Source of the DNA: Savitreella phatthalungensis
Lineage: Eukaryota
Reading direction: 5' to 3'
Assembly: GCA_051599415.1 (NCBI GenBank)
Contig: AP039702.1
Location: 248,001 to 312,000, forward strand
DNA: 64,000 nucleotides
Under the pieces are notes generated by a model, which had not been told where the DNA came from, ran no database searches, and saw nothing but the letters and a program-made list of their open reading frames with translations. Below, in pieces: positions 52,801 through 61,659 of the stretch. Position 1 is the stretch's first letter. Each line of letters opens with the position of its first letter. Made by a program: the position numbers and the translations under genes.

Positions 52801-54983
52801 ATCAATCTGCTTCCAGTCGATTCCCCATCAATGTCCTCATCGGATTGCTGCAGCGAGACAGCCTGCTCAACAGCGCGCAGGCGCTCGAGTCCCTCTCGCA
52901 ACTCCTCTCAACCATCACGCGTCCTCTTGTCGTCCTCATCAAGCGTCAGCGCCAGCAGGCAGCCACTGCAAGCGAGACTCAGACTGCGTCAGGAGACCAA
53001 ATGCAAACGGACTCAATTGAGGGAGACGCCCCATCGTCAAGCAAGGGATCGGCGCAGATCGCCCCAAAAAAGCGTTCACCTGTTCCACCACACCTTACAG
53101 CAGAGAACCTAGGGCTGGTGGTCAAGATCCTGACGGCAAACGAGTGTTCCTCTCGCACGTTCCAGTACACGCTCGCGACAATGCAGCATCTGACGGCGTT
53201 GTCTGGAGCAAAGGAGTCGATGGCGGAGGAACTGGTGTCGCAAGCACGAGCTTTCAGCCAAGATCTCGGACGAGATCTCCAAACTCTCCGCCAGCACATC
53301 ATCGATGCAATGGCAGCAGGCGTCGAAGTCAGCGTCCAAGCCCTCGCACCTTTCTCATCCGCAAGCTCACACCAGACAAAACTTCTCAGAATCCTCAAGT
53401 CAATCGACTACCTATACGACGACAAGCGAACAGCAGCTCAAGGCACACCAGCCAATCAGGACGAAGTCGAAGCCTCACACATGTTCGTCCGAAGGCTGTA
53501 CGAGAGTCTGCAGTTCGGACCGATGTGGCACGAGCTCGGTGAAGTTCTATCACAGCTTCAGTCAGCATCAACCGTGTCGACCGCGACGATGCTCCTGCCG
53601 TTAATCGAATCGCTGATGGTTGTGTGCAAAAATACAATTCCGCAAGAGGCTCGCGGGCTACCATCAGCCTCGAGGCAGGCCACCCCAGCTGTAGACGGCA
53701 CCAGCCAGCTCTTCTTCGACTTCACGGAAGAGCACAAGAAGGTTCTGAACCAGATGGTTCGCAACAACCCGTCCCTCATGTCCGGCTCGTTCGCACTCCT
53801 CGTCCGCAACCCGAAAGTGCTCGACTTTGACAACAAGCGCAACTACTTTGTGCGACGACTGCGTGACAAGAATGCAGGAGCCAGAGAAGCACAAAACTAT
53901 CCGCCGTTGTCCCTCAACGTCCGTCGAGAAATGGTCTTCCTAGACTCTTACCAGAAGCTCTACTTCAAGAACGGGGACGAGATCAAGTACAGCAAACTCA
54001 ACATCCGATTTGCAGGAGAAGAAGGTGTCGACGCAGGAGGCGTGACGCGAGAGTGGTTCCAGGTCCTAGCAAAGCAAATGTTCGACCCCAACTACGCACT
54101 CTTCGTACCAGTCAACTCTGACCGCAACACCTACCACCCAAACAAGCTGTCCGGTATCAATCCGGAGCATCTCAGCTTCTTCAAATTTGTCGGCCGCATC
54201 GTCGGTAAAGCCCTCTACGATGGTCGACTGCTCGATTGTCATTTCAGCAGGCCGGTCTATCGCAAGATGCTTGGGAAGAACGTGTCCCTCAAGGACATGG
54301 AGACTCTCGATCTCGAGTACTACAAGTCTTTGAGGTGGATGCTCGACAACGATATCACCGATGTCATCACAGAAACCTTCTCTGTCGACACAGATGACTT
54401 TGGCGAGCAAAAGACGATCGACCTTGTTCCGTCCGGCAGAGAGATTGCAGTGACGGAGGAGAACAAGCACGACTACGTTGCGAAAGTGACAGAGTACAGG
54501 CTACTGGACTCGGTCAGAGAGCAACTCGATCATTTCATGCAAGGCTTCAGCGACATCATCCCAGGCGATCTAGTCGCCATCTTCACCGAGCAAGAAATCG
54601 AACTCCTCATCTCAGGACTACCTGACATTGATGCAGACGACTGGCGCAACAACACAGAGTACCAGAACTACACGGCCTCTGCAGCTCAGATCCAGTGGTT
54701 CTGGAGATGTGTGCGCGGCATGGACGATGAAGAGCGCGCTCGGCTGCTGCAATTCTGTACGGGCTCTGCAAGACTCCCGATCGAAGGATTCGCCCACCTA
54801 GAAGGCATGCACGGCGTCCAGAGGTTCAACATTCACAGAGCTTACGGTCAAGCCAACAGACTGCCGCAGTCCCACACCTGCTTCAACCAACTCGATCTAC
54901 CAGAGTACGAATCATACGAACAACTCAAGCAAGCGCTCATGACAGCCATTTCCGAAGGTAACGAAGGCTTCGGATTCGCATAA
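43845..54983 (+). CDS. TOM1: HECT E3 ubiquitin ligase Tom1/Ptr1/HUWE1, 3712 aa, intronless
   Basis: N-terminal DLFQWVAVLNKLD, UBA, acidic region, UBM repeats (IDSEFLEALPDEMREEVL) and a HECT domain ending LPQSHTCFNQLDLP...EGFGFA. Confidence 0.98.
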   Translation: MRITKKPHSGGRRIIEPPPAVDAFMKQALEADNDNLPILLRSFHTWHYPKGDLFQWVAVLNKLDEILEDLCGQYNLRKGTQSKPFTGQHRELLLSLLSFTVFLLDHCANRTLYNSANFIDELLTTTDDEVLEATLRVTLRLAQRWGQQRSGRAQFGINTDKLLSISSCLHYGTRDRARVPVSMLDFMDAAIDVDDAEHKDWHSTFFWFYRAADFAEAPPAAASSKAIDYFSIKTPARRPDAGTSTAPTTPVVARTRTTASVQTPATPVTPGDPLSHSLHSQQAQPDRAAEGMSVWEVRPNVIQSPFLGDALRDAVQGSDIHETRHFDLLQALRFARASFTVESRQRLVVIRLLAVASVASICSDYTLSSRVLSNEEQLLSQLAQLVNPDASDVPQSIGVAAFYALDAIARHGSELNEVLTLFGAGVSHGLLMRIVQRTAQSLDDKDPAQVHPEFVEALMNHLHYLTTTNTAGSMLCAAGLVQILVALIGNHSRLALRALVKSLTLLDHLLYGFQQSFAIFISAGGLQQLVDRIEVEVKLDLDEAAEFVKANPQTNVDYRMSHERFSLLKTMLKFLIHMMQGAGTTDGLRNLIETSLLSSLKLIFEHSDIFGSSVFANATNIMATFIHNEPTSYQILHEAKVTEVFCAAITKNILPASDTLSAIPNAIGAICLHQQGMQLVNDTKPIPRFFDIFVSPPHCEVLRDSDVASQLGNAVDELMRHHPPLQEQILQSIKVMLERVATVGEASSAPEGRSCKFLPVTNPNESTDVSMADASQSVPSLNGPQVVDLVQVASRFLEGLFQNAAHIRDLIGLGLVQNLINFYNLTSLPYDFARTKAALSLSHVLRMVSEVAAKDIVEIVLNMLDNTLGSLRGLLEYNGGPDGNGRGFFAPFLELDSDSEVANMVATNMRRLHSIAVLLSDLYAIPVFSHGRSLSTFTQYFASSETAGKLLESLGQMERQLIWQDILLSESVPHEWIVATQPDDDPAETINEAATAEREKDLSAETLRSPRYRNVKMLRFFLCQTPPCTSPFFQGLLKMVIGRRQMEPQQRGLSLRIAEQIARVLIGHLEFNRNVQPPMSRSQRLMLWLMLLTEVQKVLFDDGGMSPNTTGVLMFFEDGIDLMLKMLDDLWQELLAQTDDSHADDESAKLTGDIKFILHMLQQLTSYKSVCSAPQAIAMTSKDRERERPGYFNPTEFLLILRRRTFPVVAKIWQHADVGKLSTASLKNLIVIITQCISKDTELDSQPRDPIFGVFSSSSLLGGAPILRTGTQQETNITQLVDLGYSRQTAIDALGRSHGSVQTAMDYLMSHPELGTTGTGPAPSSSSSGPSASGSAGRTTTSGETSGEVARDDAIKIDDGQSDEYHQLVESTRHDTITRAIDLLAQHNPIVFELSDLIQAATHSSDDQSFVAEGVALLSAALTSMKEERYDKSKWEHLGAVCHLFAKLAHEPAFIRKCPDDLAETFDIVLDLLDLGNDEEGAEVIQQAQPPPWLSSCCLLIDAILCDASEPHAIVIDKAGIVVSRMADFCQLEENAKAKLFDIVLANLKYKFVDGSWVYSILRLLNRLTQDHRLAAQLVSRNALRDLFDMMRRNLTDLNTNTRSALILLLRHVCESDEVLAKLMQHEIDRRLSVKPHPTDIVSFVKQNHDIALRNPKLFVDAVSNQCALPAYNPQTSVQSIALRKGASDEQQDDQSSLDNPTLVPAGVMYFLVFELFAGDKDFHQEEMQQKAAVLEAQARDGADAAKQTFKEADHPEFMYRHLLLTCCAELLASYNSAKLEFIDFSRRSQAGEAITSLKNRSAAVNLFVTHFIPLGTLPTGGEDIATAKRVATCTWAARCIQALCSSATIGGSSRSSSANNSSNKDDLGESDGVLAHARRTVIDAISKGFRDAASSADTAWMRYSRITALAELCSRLFLSDLQAGLSGETTSSPATDTPGARQVAKLMLEKNFVSILTSAMSEIDLHHPIARKTIRAILKPLKHLTKLGIQLSEAGTLERPLIGQPDPQDISFDSEMDENNVLGPDSDEDDDDDDDDDQDREETPDLYRNSALGMFGGDMQEDEEEGSYDEDEEEDMYDDEMEIYDEEGSDTGSAISDEDMAMDGEGGGEDVLEFMVDHGHHHDHDDSEEEEEDVDDEDDDGLEHDMDESGSNSETDSDDEGDSDDGSELSGNELVIEADEIEFDDSVDEEGDEGESEWEDEEDDGEADDPNTVTIDAAAPFLRRFSRGRLNPDDAAETISIPVNGSRASPLIVPGDGDDDEDEDGEGTDADEYGDIEEVFMQDGDYSQVEEDDDEAWEGWEIEEEAPVVRSNRQLTSRTWSTHIPTMRTTDLRYLRQGAGPRSIRGPPPDTFNHPLLVAGGQDDPTTPSRDLRGDNFSDWVESIESLIGGGAVSIISDMMQRIPGGRGGRNPPQIRVAVSGEGVPAGLPPSLGRLIERANAGQRNPLATPTDGILPSGGAAAPTGETPTDPAKATNFKIYPTHQRWADEASMLHGNFVTERALRIVNHILHAMVPTAAKEAEARQREVDEAARIEAEAREKALEVQRELEAKLQAEQQAAEEARLAAEAEQRELQRSAERDTISQEGMDGIQPDSEVEDIIQTTSNDSPQYISIRGQQVNITGLGIDSEFLEALPDEMREEVLTQHIRERRAAANESQEGAAVELSPEFLEALPAEIRAELLQQEAVDRRRRERLARQAGSRAASGQTGPAEIDPASFLASLDPALRESVLLEQDDDFLDQLPAEMLMEISRGRLSLQGSNIAPLRRRNESARANAEDQETNDRGTGTSADQQAREAQPQSDQTPKQRREIVQLLDKTGVASLIRLLFLPAQTSRGYLNEVLANLCENRSSRAEIVNQLLIILQDGTIDLSAAERCFTALTRRTKAGVQPTSAVPETPAKQAKRLPLSHNPQTPAQQQSQPKTTVPFLTGEHLPNVVTQQCLQVLSHLISHNHQLATYFLSEHETLAAKRQLKARAPAGTAATDDQSASSRFPINVLIGLLQRDSLLNSAQALESLSQLLSTITRPLVVLIKRQRQQAATASETQTASGDQMQTDSIEGDAPSSSKGSAQIAPKKRSPVPPHLTAENLGLVVKILTANECSSRTFQYTLATMQHLTALSGAKESMAEELVSQARAFSQDLGRDLQTLRQHIIDAMAAGVEVSVQALAPFSSASSHQTKLLRILKSIDYLYDDKRTAAQGTPANQDEVEASHMFVRRLYESLQFGPMWHELGEVLSQLQSASTVSTATMLLPLIESLMVVCKNTIPQEARGLPSASRQATPAVDGTSQLFFDFTEEHKKVLNQMVRNNPSLMSGSFALLVRNPKVLDFDNKRNYFVRRLRDKNAGAREAQNYPPLSLNVRREMVFLDSYQKLYFKNGDEIKYSKLNIRFAGEEGVDAGGVTREWFQVLAKQMFDPNYALFVPVNSDRNTYHPNKLSGINPEHLSFFKFVGRIVGKALYDGRLLDCHFSRPVYRKMLGKNVSLKDMETLDLEYYKSLRWMLDNDITDVITETFSVDTDDFGEQKTIDLVPSGREIAVTEENKHDYVAKVTEYRLLDSVREQLDHFMQGFSDIIPGDLVAIFTEQEIELLISGLPDIDADDWRNNTEYQNYTASAAQIQWFWRCVRGMDDEERARLLQFCTGSARLPIEGFAHLEGMHGVQRFNIHRAYGQANRLPQSHTCFNQLDLPEYESYEQLKQALMTAISEGNEGFGFA

Positions 54984-55170
54984 AACAACGACGTAGCTCA
55001 GCTCAGCCTATTTCAGCTAGCTAGTCTGCGACTGGCATAGGGACTTGTACGTAGCGCTAGATAAAACGCCCCCCAATTACATGAACACAATTACACAATC
55101 ATCCGAGTAGTAATCGTTGTTGGTTGGAGCCTGAGCACTATACTATGTATGTGTGAGTTGGCTTCTGAGG

Positions 55171-56253
55171 TCAACGCCGGCTCGAAGAGACGGTAGCTGC
55201 AGACCCGCCAGAGCCTGAGGAGAAGTAGAGTGAGAGGTAGAGGTTCCAACCAACGGAGAATGCGCCGACCACAGGAATCTGATACTCGAGTGGAACGATG
55301 GCGAAATTACACAGCTGGACTGCTGGCCAGAGAAGATACTGCGCACGCAACGCCACTGGATACTCCTTTGCAAGCTTTCTTTTAAAGTGTCCTCTCGCAG
55401 AGGTGAGTGCGCCATCGCACAAACCCATGTAGAGGAAGAAGAGAAGGAGTGAGAGAGGTGCGTACACGGATTGATCGGCAACCACGCGCTTCAGCACACT
55501 CGTAATCCCAGAGCCGGAGAACACGCCACGGCCAGCAGCGTCAGCAGCAGAATCGGCAGCGTAAGCCTGTGCCAGCAGAGCCAACGTCCGATCGTCGGGT
55601 CTTCCTGGGGTTGCAAAGTACGCTCGTTCAACGGCAGACTGAACGTCCCGGCGCGACTGTGATGCAGGACCACCCAGGAAACGATCGAGCAAGTCAAACC
55701 ACCAGTACTGCAATCCACCACTCATGAATCCCCAAGTCCAAAACCGTCCACAGCGCTCCCAATCAAACCGGCGTTCGGCACCACGCAACATCTCCCGAGC
55801 AACCACCCGCGAAGCGTCCTCATACATAGCATCGCCATCCATCCGAGCATCGTCACCGAGCTCGACCTCGACGTCATCACCTGCATCAAAGTGTGTTGTC
55901 TTCTTGGTGGTTGTGGGTGGGAGGTCGACTACGGGGTCGGCGTCCTTTGAATCTGCCGGGTACCGGAGCGAGAGCGCGTAGTCGTGCTGGCGCAACCGGT
56001 CTACCACCACGCCCACACACTGGGCAATCGTGTCCGACAACGCAGTCAGGGAAGCGTTTGTCACCATCGTCGTCAGCAGCGGCCGAACGTGGTACTCGCC
56101 GGAGTACACCATCCACAACCGAACCAGCACCAACAACTCACCAAACAGCAACAACAGCGCCTCACGAGGTACGCGATACAGAGACCCACCACCGACAGAC
56201 GATGTAGAGCCTACAAACGACCGGCCTGATGACCGTGAGACCGTCGAACCCAT
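55171..56253 (-). CDS. Mpv17/PMP22 (Sym1-like) membrane protein
   Basis: RPLLTTMVTNASLTALSDTIAQ, FDWER, KRVVADQSVYAP, LWPAVQLCNFAIVP and WNLYLS. Confidence 0.9.
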   Translation of the reverse strand: MGSTVSRSSGRSFVGSTSSVGGGSLYRVPREALLLLFGELLVLVRLWMVYSGEYHVRPLLTTMVTNASLTALSDTIAQCVGVVVDRLRQHDYALSLRYPADSKDADPVVDLPPTTTKKTTHFDAGDDVEVELGDDARMDGDAMYEDASRVVAREMLRGAERRFDWERCGRFWTWGFMSGGLQYWWFDLLDRFLGGPASQSRRDVQSAVERAYFATPGRPDDRTLALLAQAYAADSAADAAGRGVFSGSGITSVLKRVVADQSVYAPLSLLLFFLYMGLCDGALTSARGHFKRKLAKEYPVALRAQYLLWPAVQLCNFAIVPLEYQIPVVGAFSVGWNLYLSLYFSSGSGGSAATVSSSRR

Positions 56254-56783
56254 CGGTCTCCTCTAAGAACGCAAACTCCTACCACCGACCAGCCGTGGGG
56301 TAGATTTGAGGTTAGGATCGACGTCACTGGGAGGGTCAGACAGCCCTAGAGTATGACGCCGCAGGAAGTGAGTAGAAGCAGAGTGACAGGTGAGGACCCC
56401 TCTGAAGAGAATGTCTGATAGGCGGGTTGTGTTGTGTGTGGTTGGTGTGTGGTGTGTGTGATGGAAGGTGAACGCGTTCCCAATGATTTCAGTTCAAGTT
56501 CTGCAGTAGGAGCTCAACACACGTAAATTCACATGTGCATACAATAGAAGTCCAAAACACGGCAAACACAAACTAGAAAAGTAGACTGGAAGCAACATGA
56601 ACAACCTACAAAGCTTCTCCTCCTCTTCCTTCTTCTTCTTCTTCTTCTGATTCATCTGCTACATCAGGCCAGTCCGTAGAGTGTTCTCATCATCGTATCA
56701 TCCATCATCATCGTATCATCATCTATGCTCGTCATTGGGAGTTCGTCTCTGTCTGTTTCCATATACATGCCCATCCCCCGTGA

Positions 56784-57542
56784 TTAGACGAAACCACGGA
56801 AGCCCATGGACGCCATCAGCATCTCCTGCGTCTTCTGTCCCTCCTCATCATCCACCTGGATTTCAAGTCCCGAGTCACCTTCCTCCTCCTCCTTCTTCTC
56901 CTGCTTACGCCTCTTCTTTGCTTCCTTCTCACGAGCTCGAGCTTCAGCCTGATTCTCAGCTTCCCTCTTCCGTGCATCCAATGCCTCCCTGATACTATAC
57001 TCGCCAATCCCACTTCCACCTTCTCCTCTCTCTTTACTCCCACGAGACGCTTCGGCCTGCTGCTTTGCAAAGTACTTCCTCTTGAGGCGCTCAAGATGTC
57101 GTAGACACACTTCCAGCGTCACTTCCTGCGTCTTCCCACCACCACCTGTCCTGTAGAGGTGAGCCTTGGAGTTGATGTGATCAAGCCAGGCGCTGTTATC
57201 CTTGTACGTCTCATCGCACGCCGAGCAGTAGAATCCAGCACCCTTGCCACGTCTGCCTAGCGATGCACCTGCGGGCACCAGGATATTCTTACCCACCACC
57301 TCGGTGAAATCCTGCGCAGCCCGAGCCTTCCGCTCACCCTTCCCAGACCGGTCATCGTCCTCAGCCGGTGCAGGTACAGGAGCACGGTAGTGGACACCAC
57401 GCAGTCGAGCTTCATACCGAGCTTTTCCTTCAGCACGCTCACGCTCAGCCCGATCAGCAGCCTGTTCGGCGTAAGTCGCCTTGTCCCATTTCCGTCGAAA
57501 GTCAGTATCCCGTGAAATGCGCGAGCCCCGATCCTCTGACAT
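56784..57542 (-). CDS. SNU23: U4/U6.U5 tri-snRNP protein Snu23/ZMAT2
   Basis: DTDFRRKWD, GAGFYCSACDETYKDNSAWLDHINSKAH and a terminal MGFRGF. First plausible ATG 57542. Confidence 0.93.
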   Translation of the reverse strand: MSEDRGSRISRDTDFRRKWDKATYAEQAADRAERERAEGKARYEARLRGVHYRAPVPAPAEDDDRSGKGERKARAAQDFTEVVGKNILVPAGASLGRRGKGAGFYCSACDETYKDNSAWLDHINSKAHLYRTGGGGKTQEVTLEVCLRHLERLKRKYFAKQQAEASRGSKERGEGGSGIGEYSIREALDARKREAENQAEARAREKEAKKRRKQEKKEEEEGDSGLEIQVDDEEGQKTQEMLMASMGFRGFV

Positions 57543-57806
57543 AGGTCTAGATGACGCGCTCCCACAGACTCTGTGACTGATAGTAGTTGTTGATGTCTTG
57601 TTTCTAGTGCGTGTGTGCAAGGGTGTCACCGATTTTGTCCTCTTTGCGTCTTTCCGAATTAGGCAAGAGCACAGAGACATCTTGTCTATCCAATCTACTT
57701 TATCCTTCGGTCATCGCTCTATACTCTACGTAACATCTTCACACACCACGCTCTCCAACAGTATACATACATAGACCCTCGAGGAAGGTGTGTGTCTGTG
57801 TCGGCG

Positions 57807-59795
57807 ATGCATACGGTGGATGCGTTGAACGCGCAGCTCGATCGGTTGCAAGGTGAGCTGATTGCTGCAACGACCGGTGGATCTCCTTCTCCATCGCCCG
57901 AACCTCTCGATTCTGCTGAAGATAGGCCCGGTGATGTGCCGCTCGATGGAGAGGATGCCAGACAGATGGCTCTCGAAGCCGTCGTCCGCTCATTCGATCG
58001 GCCTCCTAGACTACACAAGCTTTCCGCAATCCTGAAGCGCCACGCCTTCACCGGTAGTGCACCCTCGAGTGTGAGCTTTGCGTCTGCAGGACGGAGGTCA
58101 AAGGCGGCAGAGGAAGACAACCGGTTGGAGTGGCTGGTACTGGCGAGATCGTCAGTCGTCATCACTCACGCTCTCCTCGACGATATCTTCGATCGGTACG
58201 TTCCGCTTGCAGACGACCTCGCATACTGGGAATCGATTGTGCGATCACGCCTGTGGAGCTCAGTGTACTTGGTCCAGAGTGCGCCGGCGCGGGTATGGTC
58301 TTCGTTCTGGCTGATGTGGGGTCAGGTGGATGGAGGGTCTGGGGGATTTGACCTGACGATGGGTACGCTGAGGAGATCGATTCATGATCGGACGCTACTT
58401 CGGCAGCTCGCGTTCCCGCACCTGGCGAAACGTGTGAGCAAGGGTGCGAGGGCACCACTCAATCTTCTCTCCCTCCGCAACATCGTCAAGCAGGAAGTCA
58501 ACCTGAAGATCACTGCACTCATACAGATTCGACAGACCGCAGCTCAGCTCGTCGGCATCCTCGCCACCGCAGCCCAGTACACCTCACTCGACACCCTGCA
58601 CACAGACACACAGGCCCTCGTCAGCACACTCACCCATGCAGTCGACCAGCTCACTCAGCACCCAAACGACGCCGTCCTCCAGATCCACGCCACTCAATCA
58701 GACGACTACACAACGCCGGAAGCCGTGTGTCGGGCACTAGTCAAGCTCGCCGACGAGGACGTCCCAAGGTGGCGTCAAGCGGTGGGCGAGGCAGTCCGAC
58801 CTCACGGACGTCCTGGACGGCTTGTGCGGTGGTGGCCTGTGGTGTTTGGGCTGTGGGTGGGTGTTGGTTCGTTGGTGTCGTTTGTGAGTGCGCGCCGTGA
58901 TGCGCTGGTGGAATGGATTCGAGAAGGTGTGGAGACGACGAAGGCGTTCTGGCAGAATTGGATCGTCCAACCACTCCAGCAGATCATAGCGACCATCAGG
59001 CACGACCAGTCCGCACAGCTCGCACTCATCTCATCGAAATCGCTAGCGTCAGACGTCGACTCGCTCGAGCGCATGGTCGTCGACTTTGCCAGGGACAACC
59101 CATCGACGCTGAATGGGACAGCGTTGGAGCAGGTGGGTGCGGCTGTGAGGGAAGGCGACGTGACGCCAGTCCTGGCGGCGTACGAGCGTGACCTGAAGTC
59201 ACCTCTCAGGAGTGCCGTCACTGGGACACTCGTCAGGGCACTCCTCATCCAGGTCCAGAAGACAAAGGTGGATGTGGAGGTGGCGATCGCAGGGATCGAC
59301 AAGCTGCTCAAGTCCCAGGAGCTCGTCTTTGCATCCCTCGGCATCTCACCAGCCATCGTCATCCTCGTCTTCGCACTCCGAGCACCCTTCAGGTTCATCA
59401 CTGGCTCACGCAGAGCAACCCTGTCTGCAAAATCAGCAAGGCTCAATGCAGTCAAGCTACTACGCAACATCGATCGACTTCTTGCAGAGACACCGCTCCC
59501 CGATCGTACAGAATTCAGGCAGCGCGGGATGGTGTTGTGTGAGGCACAGGTGTTGAGGAAGCTCGTGGACGAGTACGCGCCTAAACAACTCAGAGGTGAG
59601 TTTGTCGGTGACCTAGACGATCTCGAAGCTGCCATCGCCAGAAGATCCACCTCCACCGATGTATTCCGTGATGATTCCTCGAGCAGCGTAAGTGAGAAGG
59701 AGCGCGAAAGCAGTGGGTGGAAGCTCGAGCAAAGGCGGATCGTGGGCAGAATCTGGCAAGTCCATTCACGCACAGGTGGACTGCTACAGCCTTAG
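57807..59795 (+). CDS. NCA2: Nuclear control of ATPase protein 2
   Basis: PGRLVRWWP, SLERMVVDFA, GDVTPVLAAYERDLKSP and LLIQVQKTKVDVEVAIAGIDKLLKSQEL. First ATG 57807. Confidence 0.93.
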   Translation: MHTVDALNAQLDRLQGELIAATTGGSPSPSPEPLDSAEDRPGDVPLDGEDARQMALEAVVRSFDRPPRLHKLSAILKRHAFTGSAPSSVSFASAGRRSKAAEEDNRLEWLVLARSSVVITHALLDDIFDRYVPLADDLAYWESIVRSRLWSSVYLVQSAPARVWSSFWLMWGQVDGGSGGFDLTMGTLRRSIHDRTLLRQLAFPHLAKRVSKGARAPLNLLSLRNIVKQEVNLKITALIQIRQTAAQLVGILATAAQYTSLDTLHTDTQALVSTLTHAVDQLTQHPNDAVLQIHATQSDDYTTPEAVCRALVKLADEDVPRWRQAVGEAVRPHGRPGRLVRWWPVVFGLWVGVGSLVSFVSARRDALVEWIREGVETTKAFWQNWIVQPLQQIIATIRHDQSAQLALISSKSLASDVDSLERMVVDFARDNPSTLNGTALEQVGAAVREGDVTPVLAAYERDLKSPLRSAVTGTLVRALLIQVQKTKVDVEVAIAGIDKLLKSQELVFASLGISPAIVILVFALRAPFRFITGSRRATLSAKSARLNAVKLLRNIDRLLAETPLPDRTEFRQRGMVLCEAQVLRKLVDEYAPKQLRGEFVGDLDDLEAAIARRSTSTDVFRDDSSSSVSEKERESSGWKLEQRRIVGRIWQVHSRTGGLLQP

Positions 59796-59875
59796 CCATC
59801 GTGGTAATGGGGGAGTTTGTAAAAATCATGCATTATACAAGGTGTGAGAAAGAGCGTTTCTTGAACTTGGGATCT

Positions 59876-60195
59876 CTAGTCGTGGTGATGATCAGCCTCA
59901 TCGTCGTGGTCGTGACCGTGTCCATGTCCTTCCCATGGGTGACGCCAGCCCTTGTATCAAGTCAGTCTACAGCCGCGAAGAGGAGAGAGAGGGTGGGGGT
60001 TGATGATAAACATACCAAGAGCACAGGACCGTCCTCACGAGCACGGTAGAGCATCCAGAACCACATGCCACCAGTCAGCAAGGTGGCAGAGTACCGGAGA
60101 ACAGGGTGGGTCGGGTGGTAGTGTAATTCTGCAGTCGAGGACTTGCCAGCGTGACCTGCGCCGCCAGCCATCCGGAGAATTCTGCTAGCAAACAT
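59876..60195 (-). CDS. NDUFB2: Complex I accessory subunit NDUFB2 (AGGG), 84 aa, one intron
   Basis: Exons 60195-60016 and 59950-59876, intron 60015-59951 (GTATGT...ACTGAC...AAG). MWFWMLYRAREDGPVLL|GWRHPWE. Confidence 0.92.
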
Positions 60196-61659
60196 CCTGC
60201 CGAGCGTAAGGAGAAGAGATAAGAGAGCAGGTGGTTGGGGCTTGACTTGGAGATGACCACTACAAGTATAGAGGTCAAGTAGGAGACGGTGTAGGGTGAA
60301 TGGAGACGGTTGATGGACGAAGCAAGACCATGAATCGATCAAGCACGTGATCGATAGCGAAAAATCAAAATCACGTGCAGTCAATTGGTCTAACTGAAAT
60401 CCTATAGTACACGTGTTTGCGATCTACTTTCGCCTGACTCCTTCGTAGATAGCTGTGAAGGATTGCTTGTCAGTCCACTGCAAGACCTTCTCAACAGCTA
60501 CAAACAGGACAGTCTCGTCCTGACAACGTATCACTCTTACAGTGTCATGGTGGTGAATTCGATCGGCTGCAGATATATCCAGCTGCAGGTATCAGCTTAA
60601 TTGTCCATGAACAAGTGTTAAGAGCCATGCAATACATGTGATCCTAACCTGTAGATTGGAGGGGATGCAAGGATGTGAAATCTTGACTCAGAGGACTTAT
60701 CGAGCTCTGAACAACAGCGTTGCTCTGGCCTGGTCAAGCATGGATCGAACCTGGAGTCATCAGTTTGACAATGCGTCTACTACATAGACACTGCAAGGGC
60801 TTCCTCTGTCAAGATTGTCATGAGGCGTGCTACAATATCGAGGATGCATAAATATCTACCTGCACAGACAGAACGAGCACGCTTGGAGGGGTAAGCAGGC
60901 ATCATCATCAGCATCCTCTTCCGTCTAGCAGCAGAGGATCAGAGGGTGAAGCAGGGCAGTTGTTGTTGTGCTGCTGAGTGTCATCCTCGGTCATCATCAG
61001 CCGTATAAAAGGCTCTTGCATGTCTACGTACATGATTAATTAACGTCATTTGGAAGAATAGGGAAATTGACTTTTCTTTCTAACTTTGTCATTCGTAAAT
61101 TGGGATATTTTTGATAGAATTGATGATTGACTTAATTAATCACAGGCTACAGTCGAGATCACGTGTAAATGTGATTGTCTTCACTTGGATGCACAATAAC
61201 ACGTAAACACATAAACATGCAAAAGTCTACACACACACACACACTTCATCAGTATATATACACAGCCTATATACACGCACGCACACACATAACGCGCTCT
61301 CATTCTCCCACCTTCCTCTTCTCACTCTCTCTCCTTCGTAAACGCATACGAGACAACTTCCTTGCCTATCTCCGCCCAAGTCCCCTGTACATTCCAACCT
61401 GTCCAACAGCATCGCTCTCGACAGGAAGCCAGGAACTCCTCAATCAGCGCAAAGAGTGATCTACATTCGTTCAATCTCTCGTGTTCCCCCTCAAAGCCTT
61501 GCTACTTCGACAACAGGTCCTCACGCTGGCTATTTCTCGTACGAAACGCTAGTCCCGGCGCGTCTATTCATACGCTCAAGCTGTTAGACGTGTCGGCCTC
61601 TACCTGATCCTTCATCACCATTTCGCTCTCCTGCGCCTTCACATCTTTGTCACGTAGTC

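Noticed and set aside
56615..56725. (CTT)n tract and duplicated CATCATCGTATCATC downstream of SNU23
   Set aside because: Ordinary low-complexity slippage in a 3' region.
58802..59773. 323-aa antisense ORF in NCA2 (and similar ones inside TOM1, EAF7 and EPL1)
   Set aside because: Codon-mirror artefacts with no recognisable domain.
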